Shown here: one piece after another, positions 19,939 through 30,135 of the stretch
Numbering within the stretch: the stretch's first letter is position 1
Layout of the letters: every line of letters begins with the position of its first letter
From: an uncultured Pseudomonadales bacterium
GTDB lineage: Bacteria; Patescibacteriota; Microgenomatia; UBA1400; PJMF01
Assembly: GCA_964620965.1 (NCBI GenBank)
Contig: CAZUHV010000001.1
Span: forward strand, 445,171 to 509,170
Reading direction: 5' to 3'
DNA length: 64,000 bases
Notes under the pieces: generated by a model
Told to the model about the DNA's origin: nothing
The model's input: the letters and a program-made list of their open reading frames with translations, nothing else
The model's database searches: none
Translations under genes and position numbers: made by a program

Positions 19939-20436
19939 TTATATAGCTCCTCTTATAATATCTTTAATAAATTCACCTCTTTTACCACCAAAGTCAAAAT
20001 TTGATAGTTCTTCAAAACCAACCCATGCTAAATCTACGTGTTCTTTACTCAACTGAACCTGATTTCTATCAAAATCACCTGGAAGTTCTACTTTCCAACC
20101 AACAATAATTGAATACACATCTTTTTGAGCTTCATAAAAAGTTCTAAACAAACTCATGTTTTCAAATCTAAAATGTTGAGGAAAAACTGTGAGACCAGTT
20201 TCTTCTTTTATCTCTCGGGCAATATCATCCTGGTGCATATTTTCTAGATTTTCTAAGCTTTGTTCTGGCCACTCCGAATTTCCACCAGGTAAGTCCCAGT
20301 TTAATGGTCTGGTATTTGAGTTTCCATCTCTTTGTAAAATAAGAATTTTGCCATTATGAATTAAAACAGCTTTTTGCAACAACTTAACATTCTCAGTCAA
20401 TTGGTGTGATCTTCTCATTTGCTTTTCTTCTGACAT
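19939..20436 (-). CDS. NUDIX hydrolase
   Basis: WDLPGG...REIKEETGL, LSKEH. Confidence 0.85.
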   Translation of the reverse strand: MSEEKQMRRSHQLTENVKLLQKAVLIHNGKILILQRDGNSNTRPLNWDLPGGNSEWPEQSLENLENMHQDDIAREIKEETGLTVFPQHFRFENMSLFRTFYEAQKDVYSIIVGWKVELPGDFDRNQVQLSKEHVDLAWVGFEELSNFDFGGKRGEFIKDIIRGAI

Positions 20437-20476
20437 AATTTTCTTTACTTTTTCTTTGTAACAAACTTTGGCTCAA

Positions 20477-21238
20477 TTATTTTTCTACTAAATCTTTATA
20501 TCCACTAGCTTCCAACTGATCAACAAGTTCTGCTCCACCGCTTTTCACAATTTTGCCTGTAACCATAACATGCACAAAATCTGGTTTTAGGTACTCTAAA
20601 ATTCTCTTGTAATGTGTAATTACCAAAACACCGGTATTATATTTTTCAATAATTTTTTGCACTCCAGCAGAAACTTTTTTAATAGCATCAATGTCTAATC
20701 CTGAGTCAGTTTCATCTAAAATTGCAAATTCTGGTTCTAAAACAGCCATTTGTAAAATTTCAAGTTGTTTTTTTTCTCCACCAGAGAATCCCTCATTCAA
20801 TCCACGATTTAAAAATTCTGAATTAATATCAAGTTCTTCTGCCAAAGCCTGTAAGTGTTTGCGGAAGTCTAGTGCTTTTTTGAATAATTTTTCTGGTTTA
20901 TTTGCAAAACGTGCTTCATACGCGAGTTTTAAAAAGTTCTGGACTCTGACACCTGGAATTTCAACAGGATACTGAAATGCTAAAAATAACCCTTTTTGAG
21001 ATCTTTCATCTGGAGAAAGTTCTAAAAGCTCTTCACCATTTATAGTTGCTGAACCACCAGTAACTTCATAATCTGGATGTCCAGCTAAAGTTGCGGCAGT
21101 TGTAGATTTTCCAGATCCATTTGGACCCATCACTGCATGGATTTCACCTGGTTTTACTGCTAAAGAAATTCCTTTTAAAATTTGTTTTTCTTCTATAGAA
21201 ACTTGCAAATCAGAAATTTTGAGTTCTTTTTGAGACAT
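20477..21238 (-). CDS. sufC: Fe-S cluster assembly ATPase SufC
   Basis: GPNGSGKST, FQYPVEIPG, FSGGEKK, LDETDSGLD. Confidence 0.96.
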   Translation of the reverse strand: MSQKELKISDLQVSIEEKQILKGISLAVKPGEIHAVMGPNGSGKSTTAATLAGHPDYEVTGGSATINGEELLELSPDERSQKGLFLAFQYPVEIPGVRVQNFLKLAYEARFANKPEKLFKKALDFRKHLQALAEELDINSEFLNRGLNEGFSGGEKKQLEILQMAVLEPEFAILDETDSGLDIDAIKKVSAGVQKIIEKYNTGVLVITHYKRILEYLKPDFVHVMVTGKIVKSGGAELVDQLEASGYKDLVEK

Positions 21239-21302
21239 ACTTACCCTATATTTTACCTGTAATAGAGGGTTTATTCTAACACAAAACTCAAGCTATTTAA
21301 GC

Positions 21303-21923
21303 TTAATTCTCCACCTCCGTCAGGGTAAACCCAAGTTTTACTTCTTTTTTCACATTGTCTGTAGTTTCCAGCTCATCAATTTCTTCTGGACCAAACCAAG
21401 CAATACCATCTGTTTCTTCTTCATTCTGATAAAACTCAACTCCAACAACTGGTTGCAACATATAGAAAAAACCTACATGCTGTTCACATCCTCGTTTCCA
21501 AACTTTTGTTGGATATCGTTTATCTGGGTTGTCAGATTTCAAACGTAACTTGTAACTTTCTTTATTAACCCAATGTACATTTGTTGTCATTGGATTTGGC
21601 ATAAACCCAACTTCACTTATATCCATTTTTTTTGACGTTGCAACAACTGAAAAATTTTCCACTGAATTTCTTTTTATTCCAGGTAAACAAAATACATCAA
21701 CTGCTTTTACTTTTACTCCAGTTTCTTCAAAAAATTCTCGTTCTGCAGCTTCATGTGGTAGTTCACCTTCATCAATATGACCTCCAGGATTAAGCCAGAT
21801 ACCAAGCTTCTTATGTTTCACCAAAAGCACTTTACCTTCATGAATCAACATTCCTCCAGCGGTATAACACAGCTTTGGAGCTTGAACCCCTTTTAAATCA
21901 TTCTGTTCGAAAGTGTCTTTCAT
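21303..21923 (-). CDS. NUDIX hydrolase
   Basis: PGGHIDEGELPHEAAEREFFEETG Nudix box; start at MKDTF. Confidence 0.88.
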   Translation of the reverse strand: MKDTFEQNDLKGVQAPKLCYTAGGMLIHEGKVLLVKHKKLGIWLNPGGHIDEGELPHEAAEREFFEETGVKVKAVDVFCLPGIKRNSVENFSVVATSKKMDISEVGFMPNPMTTNVHWVNKESYKLRLKSDNPDKRYPTKVWKRGCEQHVGFFYMLQPVVGVEFYQNEEETDGIAWFGPEEIDELETTDNVKKEVKLGFTLTEVEN

Positions 21924-21931
21924 AAAAAGTT

Positions 21932-22591
21932 CTATCTCAACTCCGGAAAAATCTTTTCTAACTGTACCCAAATCCTATCATGAATCAGTTTGTATCCTGC
22001 ATCATTTGGGTGTAATCCATCTTCATAGGTGTACTTTTTTAACCACTCTGTTTCATCAATATTTTCTATTCCAATATATGTCAGCTTTTTTTCTTCACAA
22101 AGTCTTTTACACTCTGCTTCAAAAAGCTTTTTTCGTTTATTAGAAAAATATGATTTTTTACCATTAAATGGGTTAATTTTTGGAGAAACTTTTGATTCAT
22201 TATAGTAACCACTACCAACTCCAAACACGTAACTTGTTTTTTCAACAAGTAAATCAAGCAATTGTGACATTTGCTCTGAATATTCCTCTATTGTTGAAGC
22301 GTAGTTACCAGGTTCACCTACAGCTTTTGCATTATTTCCACCAACAGAAACAAGTGCCACCGTTGTTCCACTACTTCTTTTGTAATCAGCAAACTGCTGA
22401 GGAAATGTTTCTAAAACAAACTCAATACTCGCTCCAGATTTTCCAAAATCAAAAACTTCAAAGGTCTCACCCAATCCATTTGGAGCGTACATCTTTTGGT
22501 GAAAGGAACGTTTAAGCATATCTGCCCAACCACCATTTTTGCCGCCAACTCCATACACTGTACTTGCACCTAAAATAAAAATTTGATTCAT
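21932..22591 (-). CDS. SGNH/GDSL-family hydrolase
   Basis: GAS(T) block I, GGNN, DGLHPN. Confidence 0.85.
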   Translation of the reverse strand: MNQIFILGASTVYGVGGKNGGWADMLKRSFHQKMYAPNGLGETFEVFDFGKSGASIEFVLETFPQQFADYKRSSGTTVALVSVGGNNAKAVGEPGNYASTIEEYSEQMSQLLDLLVEKTSYVFGVGSGYYNESKVSPKINPFNGKKSYFSNKRKKLFEAECKRLCEEKKLTYIGIENIDETEWLKKYTYEDGLHPNDAGYKLIHDRIWVQLEKIFPELR

Positions 22592-22617
22592 ATTGATAGT
22601 ATAAGCTATCTTGCAAC

Positions 22618-23202
22618 CTACAACAAACTCATCTGAACCCCAGCATCTTTTTGTGGGGTAAAACTAAAATCAACAGGACACTCAATTAGCCGATTCCATT
22701 TATTTTTAAACTTCACATGTCCCTTTTGCAAACCGTAGTCATAGACATCTCGTGTCACAGCTACGTCTTGAATACAGTATTTTTCGAGCTTATCCCACTG
22801 TTTTGTCTGATAGTACTTAATAGCATCCAAACCATCTCCAGATTTTCCAATACCTAAAGTTTCTTGGGCAACTGCGTCTAGTTTAATTCTATGCCCAGCA
22901 CTATCTTTAATTCTTGTTAAAACGTCTAAGGTTGGAATTTTGGTAATGTCTGCGTTGTAGTATGGAATAAATGTTTGCATATCAAAATTATCAATATTAA
23001 ACCCAATGACAACATCTGCCTTTTCCAAAAGAGGAAATAGATCTGGCAGATCCTTTTCCCAGTAACTTTTCATTTCACCTTTACCACTGGTTCCTTCTCG
23101 AATACAGACCCCAACAAAAGAAATTCCCAACCTGTCTGGAAAAAATCCTCCAACTTCATCAAAAGTTTTTTTCGTCTCAACGTCTAATATCAACTGAAGC
23201 AC
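22618..23202 (-). CDS. RNase H-like/DEDD 3'-5' exonuclease (YprB-like)
   Basis: LDVET, IGFN..FD, YCIQDV. Confidence 0.85.
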   Translation of the reverse strand: MLQLILDVETKKTFDEVGGFFPDRLGISFVGVCIREGTSGKGEMKSYWEKDLPDLFPLLEKADVVIGFNIDNFDMQTFIPYYNADITKIPTLDVLTRIKDSAGHRIKLDAVAQETLGIGKSGDGLDAIKYYQTKQWDKLEKYCIQDVAVTRDVYDYGLQKGHVKFKNKWNRLIECPVDFSFTPQKDAGVQMSLL

Positions 23203-23344
23203 TTACTGCCCCTTTCTAATCATACCTCTAACGTAGGGATTCATGATAAAACGTCTCAGAAAAAAAATCTACTAAAAAGTCTGTTCGGGTTTTTCTAGAA
23301 CTACAATTTTTAAAAAGTCTCAGCTAAGTTAATTAAAAAACTCA

Positions 23345-23953
23345 CTACTTTGCAGCTTCAAAACGTCTCTCAACCTCTGCCCAATTCACAACATTCCAAA
23401 AGGCAGAAACATAGTCTGGTCGACGATTTTGGTAGTGTAAATAATATGCATGCTCCCAGACATCTAAACCTAAAAGTGGTGTTTGCCCAACAGAAATCGG
23501 ATTATCCTGATTCGCAGTAGAAGTAATAGCTAACTCTCCATTTTCATCAAGTACTAACCATGCCCAACCTGAACCAAAGCGTTTTGCAGCAGCATCAGCG
23601 AACATCGTTTTAAAAGATTCAAGACTTTCAAACTTTGAGTCTATTGCTTCTTTCAAAGCTCCAGTTGGGGCATCTCCTCCGTTTGGAGAAAGGTTTGCCC
23701 AAAAGAGGTTATGGTTATAAAAACCACCCCCATTGTTAATAACAGCTTGTCTAATACTTCCTGGAATCTTGTCTAAATCTGATAAAATTTCCTCCACCGT
23801 CATAGAAAGCAGTTCGTCTTGACCTTCAAGTGCTGTATTTAAATTATTTGTGTACCCTTGATGGTGTTTTGTGTAATGAATTTCCATTGTCTGAGCATCA
23901 ATATGTGGCTCGAGTGCAGTAAATTCATAGGGTAATTCTGGTAATTGAAACAT
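23345..23953 (-). CDS. sodA: Mn/Fe superoxide dismutase
   Basis: [29 protein letters not shown]. Confidence 0.96.
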   Translation of the reverse strand: MFQLPELPYEFTALEPHIDAQTMEIHYTKHHQGYTNNLNTALEGQDELLSMTVEEILSDLDKIPGSIRQAVINNGGGFYNHNLFWANLSPNGGDAPTGALKEAIDSKFESLESFKTMFADAAAKRFGSGWAWLVLDENGELAITSTANQDNPISVGQTPLLGLDVWEHAYYLHYQNRRPDYVSAFWNVVNWAEVERRFEAAK

Positions 23954-23997
23954 AGATTCCTTTCAAAAGATATAAAAAACTTTTATTTCTAATATTT

Positions 23998-24297
23998 TTA
24001 CTTTTTTTTACTTTCTCTACTAAATAAGTCCAAAACTTCTTCTATTACATAGCTCATAAAACCATACACAAACATTGCAAACAAAGTTGTGAACTCTATT
24101 ACAAACCTGCCACTCACACTTGGTGTTGGGAATGCAAACAAAAATGGAGCTAAAAGTGGCTGTGTATTTTCATATATAAACTCAACAAAAGGACTTGCTG
24201 AGTTTGCCCCTAAAAACTTTAATACAAAACGAAAAAGCAGTAAGATTTCAACAAAAGAAAAAATCAAGACTGTGAATCGCTTTAATAAATTTCCCAT
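23998..24297 (-). CDS. YggT-family membrane protein
   Basis: LLFRFVLK..GAN, FIYENTQPLLAPF. Confidence 0.8.
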   Translation of the reverse strand: MGNLLKRFTVLIFSFVEILLLFRFVLKFLGANSASPFVEFIYENTQPLLAPFLFAFPTPSVSGRFVIEFTTLFAMFVYGFMSYVIEEVLDLFSRESKKK

Positions 24298-24400
24298 TTA
24301 TCCCTCCTTTGTTTTCATTTCTCCAGTCACAGTTAAACACATCTGGAAATACAAGTCAAGTTACACCTTGAAATAAAAAATAATATGTTAAAATAAGTTT

Positions 24401-24919
24401 TTGATGAATGTAGCTCAAGAAATTCACAGATTGATTGGCTCCAAAGAAAGTCGTAGACAGCACCGACGAAATAAAGAGTTCACCGAAACTACAAAAAAAC
24501 AAAAATTTAGGGAAGTTGAGGGAAAATGTGAATTATGCTCACAGAAGCTCAAGTTTCACACTGCACAGTTTCACCACATATTACCTCTCTCAGTTGCATT
24601 TCATTTCTATAAAGGAAAATTTAGTGACGAAATCCTAAAAAGTATACATAACTGTCAAGTATTATGTGAGGCTTGCCATAACAACTTACATGATAACGAC
24701 TCATCAGCCTTCTATTCCACAATCGCTCAAAACTTACTAATAATACTAGAAACATGGGAACCTCCTGTTGTAAAAAGAAAAATCTGTAGAAACAAAAAAA
24801 AACAACGAAGAAAAGAATTAAACAAAGCAGAAACAAATAGAAGACAAGAACTTGGACTTGAAAGTATTGATCTTCGAAATGATTCACAACAAGGTACAAA
24901 TGGGCTAAAAACCATCTAA
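24401..24919 (+). CDS. Stand-alone HNH endonuclease
   Basis: CELC, HHILP, NCQVLCEACHNNLH. Confidence 0.82.
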   Translation: MMNVAQEIHRLIGSKESRRQHRRNKEFTETTKKQKFREVEGKCELCSQKLKFHTAQFHHILPLSVAFHFYKGKFSDEILKSIHNCQVLCEACHNNLHDNDSSAFYSTIAQNLLIILETWEPPVVKRKICRNKKKQRRKELNKAETNRRQELGLESIDLRNDSQQGTNGLKTI

Positions 24920-24925
24920 AAAAAC

Positions 24926-25783
24926 CTATTCGTGAACAAATTGTTCTGTTGCAATTCTTACAGATTCAACAATTTTGTCTCTCATCTCTGTTTTGATATA
25001 TTCCCCCTGCTCGGGAGATTTTTTCAAATCTGAAAGTAATTTTTTTGCAGTTTCGTCTGCCCAAAATGGATCTCCTACAAGAAAACCTCGCGCTCCACTA
25101 TCTACACACACCCTTAAATTTTGCTTAAAATTTTCATAATCAATTTCACGGGCGTTGTAAACCCATGGCACATCAAGTTCTGCAGTCAAAGTTACTGCAG
25201 AAAGAGCATTGCCTAAATATTCTAAAGCAAAAAGATCCGTACTGTTTGAAAACTCTTTTGCAGCCTGTAACTGAGTTTCAAGTAAGATTTCTTGTGTAAT
25301 ATTTTCTTGTGTCGAATGATATACCATCAGTTCAAGCAACAAATCTATACCTTCATACTTACAGTAGTCATAAATTTCTGCAACAAACTGTTTTTTTCGC
25401 ATAGCTTCAGCTTCTTGCGGGTGATAATACAGTTCAAGTTTTGCTACCGCGTAGTTATTTGCAATATGCTCAATTCCCCAATTATCAGCAAGTTTTGGTA
25501 ACGAAAGTGGGTCAACTGCGTCAGATTTTTTTTCTAACGACAAAACTAAACCAGTCCCATTAAGTTTTTTTGTAATGGTATCAAAATCAAAGTCAGGATC
25601 TACAACAACTCCAGAAACTTCTGGAGAAAGATCTTGCATCATTTTTCTAGTAATATACTGCAAATGTTCTTGATGTTCTAAATGGTCTATATCAAGACCC
25701 ATTGTTTGAGCCAATGTTGCAATCCTAGAGAAGTCTAAAAGTGAGTAGACCCCTTTTGAGTTTTGTATATTAAAAAGCCTCAT
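24926..25783 (-). CDS. LacD/tagatose-bisphosphate aldolase-like protein with degenerate active site
   Basis: KLELYYHP, LLLE, PWV, ARGFLVG.W fold motifs. Confidence 0.75.
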   Translation of the reverse strand: MRLFNIQNSKGVYSLLDFSRIATLAQTMGLDIDHLEHQEHLQYITRKMMQDLSPEVSGVVVDPDFDFDTITKKLNGTGLVLSLEKKSDAVDPLSLPKLADNWGIEHIANNYAVAKLELYYHPQEAEAMRKKQFVAEIYDYCKYEGIDLLLELMVYHSTQENITQEILLETQLQAAKEFSNSTDLFALEYLGNALSAVTLTAELDVPWVYNAREIDYENFKQNLRVCVDSGARGFLVGDPFWADETAKKLLSDLKKSPEQGEYIKTEMRDKIVESVRIATEQFVHE

Positions 25784-25804
25784 ACTAAAAACAGTATGAG
25801 GCTT
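25772..25804 (-). terminator. Intrinsic terminator after pnp
   Basis: 12-bp stem aagcctcatact/agtatgaggctt + U-run. Confidence 0.8.
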
Positions 25805-25834
25805 CTTGTATTCGTTTTCAAGATTAGAAGCGTT

Positions 25835-28147
25835 TTAGTCTTCTCGTCTTCTGACTACTGGGCGTCTGTCACCACGATCTCCACGTCCACCTTTGAAATC
25901 TCTTCTGCCAAAACCACCTCTGTTTCCGCCACGGTTGCCACGATCTCCGCGATCACCCCCGTTGCGTTCACCTCTTTCGGCACGTTTTGCCTCAACTTCA
26001 GCTTGTTGTTCTGCAGTTAACATAGAAAGACCAATTTTACCGTCATCTTTAAGCTCAGCAATTCTTACATGAACCGCATCACCAACTTTGACTATATCAT
26101 TAGCATCTTTAACAAACTCTGTACTCATAGCAGAAACGTGAACAAGTCCTTCTCTTTGAGGCAAATATTCAACAAACGCACCATAGCTTTCAACTCTTGT
26201 AACAGTTCCATCAAATTCTTCACCAACAGAAACTGTTCTCATCATGTTGCTAATAAAGGTGTAAGCTGCATCAATTTTATCTTGATCTTCTGAAGAGATA
26301 TTAACCAATCCAACTCCTTGTTCCTTGTTTTCGTCGACACTAATCTCAGCACCAGTTTGTTCGATAATACTCTTGATCATCTTTCCACCTGGACCAATAA
26401 GTTCGCCAATCCTATCTTGTGGGATTGTCAATTGTTTTACTTTTGGAGCATATTGAGAAATTGAGGTTCTTGGTTCAGAAATTGCTTTCATCATCTCGCC
26501 CATAATGTGCATTCTTCCAGCACGAGCTTGTTCCAAAGCCTCTTCTAAAACAGATCTTGGAATACCTTTCAATTTGATATCCATTTGGATTGCAGTAATA
26601 CCTTCTTCTGTTCCCGCAACTTTAAAGTCCATATCTCCAACATGGTCTTCAAGTCCTTGAATGTCAGATAAAACAACAAAAGTTTCACCATTACTCATTA
26701 ATCCCATTGCAATACCTGCAACTGGACGTTTAATAGGAACACCTGCTGCCATTAAAGAAAGTGTTGAACCACAAACAGATGCTTGTGAAGTTGAACCGTT
26801 AGAACTTAAGATTTCTGAAACAACTTGCACAGTGTATGGGAACTCACTTTGCAAAGGAATCATTGGTCTTAAAGCTCTTTCTGCTAAAGCACCATGTCCA
26901 ATCTCACGTCTTCCTGGACCCACAAACCTGCCAGCTTCTCCAGATGCATATGGAGGCATGTTGTATTGGTGGAAATAGAATCTATCTTCTTCACCATTGA
27001 TACTTTCAATAAGCATTGATTTTGATGGGTCACCTAAAGTTGTGACTGTAACTGACTGGGTTGCACCACGTTTAAACATTGCAGATCCATGAGTTCTTGG
27101 AAAAACATCAACTTCACACCAGATTTGTCTGATTTCATCAGTTTTTCTTCCATCTGGTCTCACTCTATCTTGAATAATCATTTCACGAGCAACTCGTTTG
27201 GTTAAGTTGTACACTGCAGAATAGATCTCACCTTCAGCAGTTTGATCTTCTTCAGCTACACTTTCGTTGAATTCTGCAACAATTTCAGCTTGCATTTCTT
27301 CAAGGCCAGTATGTTCTTCAAGTCTTCCTTTTTTCTCAACTATTGCTTGAATTTGAGCTTTTCTAGAAGCATAAATTTTTTCTTCAAGTTCTTTTACTCT
27401 TTGAGCAACTGCTTTTTCTTCATCGGAAATTAATTCTGCTTTTTCTTTACCAATCTCAGAAACAATCTCATCAATTGTTGCACAAATCTTGCCCATTTCT
27501 TCTTGAGCTTTAACTAATGCCTCAACCATGACATCTTCTGAAACTTCATTTGCACCAGCCTCAACCATAACAACTGTCTTACCTGAACCTGCAACAATCA
27601 AATCTAAGTCTGATTGTGAACGTTCTTCACTAGTTGGGTTTGTCATGAACTCACCAGTTGCTTTACTATAGCCAATTCTTAAACCAGCAATTGGGCCTTC
27701 AAATGGGATTTCGCTAATGCTTAATCCAATTGCACTTCCAAGCAAACCCAACATATCTGGATCGTTTTGACCATCATATGAAAATACAGTGTTAATAACC
27801 TGTACTTCATGTGTAATACCGTCTGGAAACATTGGTCTTAAAGAACGGTCAATAACACGTGCTTTTAAGATAACATCGTCAAGTGGACGGCCATCTCTTT
27901 TAACCCAACGAGAACCTTTAATTGTTCCTGCTGCGTACAGTTTTTCTACAAACTCAACTGAAAGTGGAAAGTATCCTAAGTTTACTTTTCTCCCAAGAGC
28001 AACAGTACTATGAACAACAGTTTCTCCGCAGGTCACTAACACTGCTGCACTTGCTTGTTCTGAAAACTTACCGACTTCTATTGAAACGGTTTTATCGCCT
28101 ACTTGAATCTCTTTCTTGTAGGTCTTTGGATATTGAGGATATGACAT
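25835..28147 (-). CDS. pnp: Polyribonucleotide nucleotidyltransferase
   Basis: Two RNase PH domains (RREIGHG, SNGSTSQASVC, GDMDFKVAG), KH, S1, RG-rich tail. Confidence 0.97.
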   Translation of the reverse strand: MSYPQYPKTYKKEIQVGDKTVSIEVGKFSEQASAAVLVTCGETVVHSTVALGRKVNLGYFPLSVEFVEKLYAAGTIKGSRWVKRDGRPLDDVILKARVIDRSLRPMFPDGITHEVQVINTVFSYDGQNDPDMLGLLGSAIGLSISEIPFEGPIAGLRIGYSKATGEFMTNPTSEERSQSDLDLIVAGSGKTVVMVEAGANEVSEDVMVEALVKAQEEMGKICATIDEIVSEIGKEKAELISDEEKAVAQRVKELEEKIYASRKAQIQAIVEKKGRLEEHTGLEEMQAEIVAEFNESVAEEDQTAEGEIYSAVYNLTKRVAREMIIQDRVRPDGRKTDEIRQIWCEVDVFPRTHGSAMFKRGATQSVTVTTLGDPSKSMLIESINGEEDRFYFHQYNMPPYASGEAGRFVGPGRREIGHGALAERALRPMIPLQSEFPYTVQVVSEILSSNGSTSQASVCGSTLSLMAAGVPIKRPVAGIAMGLMSNGETFVVLSDIQGLEDHVGDMDFKVAGTEEGITAIQMDIKLKGIPRSVLEEALEQARAGRMHIMGEMMKAISEPRTSISQYAPKVKQLTIPQDRIGELIGPGGKMIKSIIEQTGAEISVDENKEQGVGLVNISSEDQDKIDAAYTFISNMMRTVSVGEEFDGTVTRVESYGAFVEYLPQREGLVHVSAMSTEFVKDANDIVKVGDAVHVRIAELKDDGKIGLSMLTAEQQAEVEAKRAERGERNGGDRGDRGNRGGNRGGFGRRDFKGGRGDRGDRRPVVRRRED

Positions 28148-28159
28148 CCTATTCCTTTC

Positions 28160-28386
28160 TTGTATCTTGATCATGAATATTAATGTATCGCAATATTTTT
28201 GCGCACAAGCAGAAACCGACTTATATTTTGCGGTTTTCTAAAATATTCTGTTTGATCTGAATCATGATCAAATATATTGATACAAAAGTGTCTTTGGTGA
28301 GTATTCCCTGAGAAGGGACAAGCTCTATATAAACCAAAACTGTAGGTTTTTCTTGTCGCCTCTCTTGAATCCTCAAGGACGCTTTT
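28160..28386 (-). promoter_or_regulatory. Structured pnp 5' leader
   Basis: Two long imperfect hairpins (28160-28285, 28284-28386) below an extended -10 at ~28415. Confidence 0.5.
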
Positions 28387-28479
28387 GCATCTTACTTAAT
28401 TTTTACTTAACTGTATTATAACATGAAGATTTCAAAACACTCGACATACTATATATTCTTGTTATAATTTTCCTAAATT

Positions 28480-28890
28480 ATGAAAACTATAAGCCCTGAA
28501 GTAAAAAATGTAGTAGTATTTGAAGACAATCATACCTGGAGAAGTCGCTATCGTGGAGTGTTGGAAGATTTTAGTTGGATCATTGTAGGTGAAGCTGTAG
28601 ATATGCAAACAGCACTAAAACTTATCGAAAAAATGAAAGATTTACAGGTTTCTTTGGCACTCATAGACGGTATTATTGAAGAGCAAGGAGCAAATATCCG
28701 TTTGGCGGAAGTCTATAAAGTACAAGGTCGTGTTATTGCTGAAAAAATTAAAGCTGCATACCCCAACGTTGTTACACTAGGAGTATCTGGAGTTACATAC
28801 CTACAAGAATCCGATCCGAACATTGATTATGCCGTAGGAAAAGAACATGGCCCTATAACTCAAGCAATACAAAATATTAGCAAAAAGTAA
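28480..28890 (+). CDS. Single-domain response-regulator receiver
   Basis: VVVFEDN, GEA, ALID phosphoacceptor, K near C-terminus. Confidence 0.7.
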   Translation: MKTISPEVKNVVVFEDNHTWRSRYRGVLEDFSWIIVGEAVDMQTALKLIEKMKDLQVSLALIDGIIEEQGANIRLAEVYKVQGRVIAEKIKAAYPNVVTLGVSGVTYLQESDPNIDYAVGKEHGPITQAIQNISKK

Positions 28891-28899
28891 GAACCATAT

Positions 28900-29535
28900 C
28901 TACATTCTCTTTGCCAACTTATTGTATAAGATAACGTACGAAAGAGTTGCAACTGGCATTGTTATCAACAATCCAACAAACAGAGCTAAAATACCTGAGT
29001 ACATCAAAATTGCGGCAGCGGCCATGAAACCAATCATATCCCATTTAACTCCGTGTGTTATTTGCCCGCTTGCTTTAAGAGCTTCTATTGGACCCATTCC
29101 CTTATCAATCACCAAATATGGTGCATACATAAATTTCAATGAGAAATATATGCCTGGAATTATAAACAAAAGGAAACCACCCAAAACAATAAGAATCATT
29201 AAAATCTGTGCAACAAAATAATTTACAATTTTTGGAACAATAGAAGTGAAAGTTTCCATCGTAACCTTCTTACCTCTTGTAATTTGCAAATATGCATTAA
29301 TTACTCCCATAGAAAGGATAAATTGAATTGCCATATAAACAAGAGTCCAAAGCAAGTTCGCTCCAGAATTTTGGTCGACATTTTCCATAAGCACAGAGTA
29401 CAGAATTCCAAATACAAAAGGTAAAAACTGCACTGCGTATACTACAATCCATTCTTTCTTGAAGATCTCCCATGCAGATTTAAATGATTCACCAATGACA
29501 AAACCTTGTGCTTCTTGAGCTGATTTGAGTAACAT
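28900..29535 (-). CDS. DUF975-like integral membrane protein
   Basis: LLFIIPGI...PYLVID..MGPIEALKAS motif; multiple TM helices. Confidence 0.8.
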   Translation of the reverse strand: MLLKSAQEAQGFVIGESFKSAWEIFKKEWIVVYAVQFLPFVFGILYSVLMENVDQNSGANLLWTLVYMAIQFILSMGVINAYLQITRGKKVTMETFTSIVPKIVNYFVAQILMILIVLGGFLLFIIPGIYFSLKFMYAPYLVIDKGMGPIEALKASGQITHGVKWDMIGFMAAAAILMYSGILALFVGLLITMPVATLSYVILYNKLAKRM

Positions 29536-29621
29536 ATTACTTCCACTTTTCCTTATTAAATACTACATATAGTATACACTATTTAAAATATAAAAGACAT
29601 ATCAACCCTTTTTTTTAACAT

Positions 29622-29651
29622 AAAAAAAGAGGCCTATTTCTAGACCTCTTT
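29622..29651 (-). terminator. Terminator after rpsO
   Basis: aaagagg/cctcttt stem + U-run. Confidence 0.65.
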
Positions 29652-29673
29652 CAAAATTCGATTTATAAGTAAC

Positions 29674-29943
29674 TTATTTACTTAGACCTAAACGATCAAT
29701 AAGTTTTCTGTATCTCTCTTCACTTCTTGAGAGTAAGAAGTTAAGCAATCTTCTTCTTTTTGCAACTTGTTTAAGAAGACCTCTTCTTGAGTGGTCATCT
29801 TTTTTGTGGCTTCCAAGATGCTTTGTTAGCTCTTGAACAGATGCTGTTAATAAAGCAATCTGAACTTCTGGAGAACCAGTATCACCTTCGAACAAGGCAA
29901 AATCCACAATAATTTGTTGTTTTTGAGCTTTTGATAAAGCCAT
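29674..29943 (-). CDS. rpsO: 30S ribosomal protein S15
   Basis: [23 protein letters not shown]. Confidence 0.98.
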   Translation of the reverse strand: MALSKAQKQQIIVDFALFEGDTGSPEVQIALLTASVQELTKHLGSHKKDDHSRRGLLKQVAKRRRLLNFLLSRSEERYRKLIDRLGLSK

Positions 29944-29954
29944 GGTATCCTTTC

Positions 29955-30048
29955 GCTCTTTTTGAGCACCCTTACTGTAAAAGTCTGATTGTGCTCTGCT
30001 GATTCAGCAATAGTGAGCGATTCTCAAAACCTTAGAAGTAAAGTAACC
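29955..30048 (-). promoter_or_regulatory. Putative S15 leader RNA
   Basis: Long imperfect hairpin with G-U pairs on the minus strand, directly upstream of the rpsO SD. Confidence 0.45.
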
Positions 30049-30135
30049 AATTTATACTTTTATTTATGCCCCTTGCGGGTACTATATAGTAGTATATCAC
30101 AATTTTGCGATATAGCTATCCGAAGATCAATTAAA

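Noticed and set aside
24378-24394. dif site (TATGTTAAA resembles the XerD arm)
   Set aside because: No matching XerC arm; better explained as the extended -10 of the HNH gene
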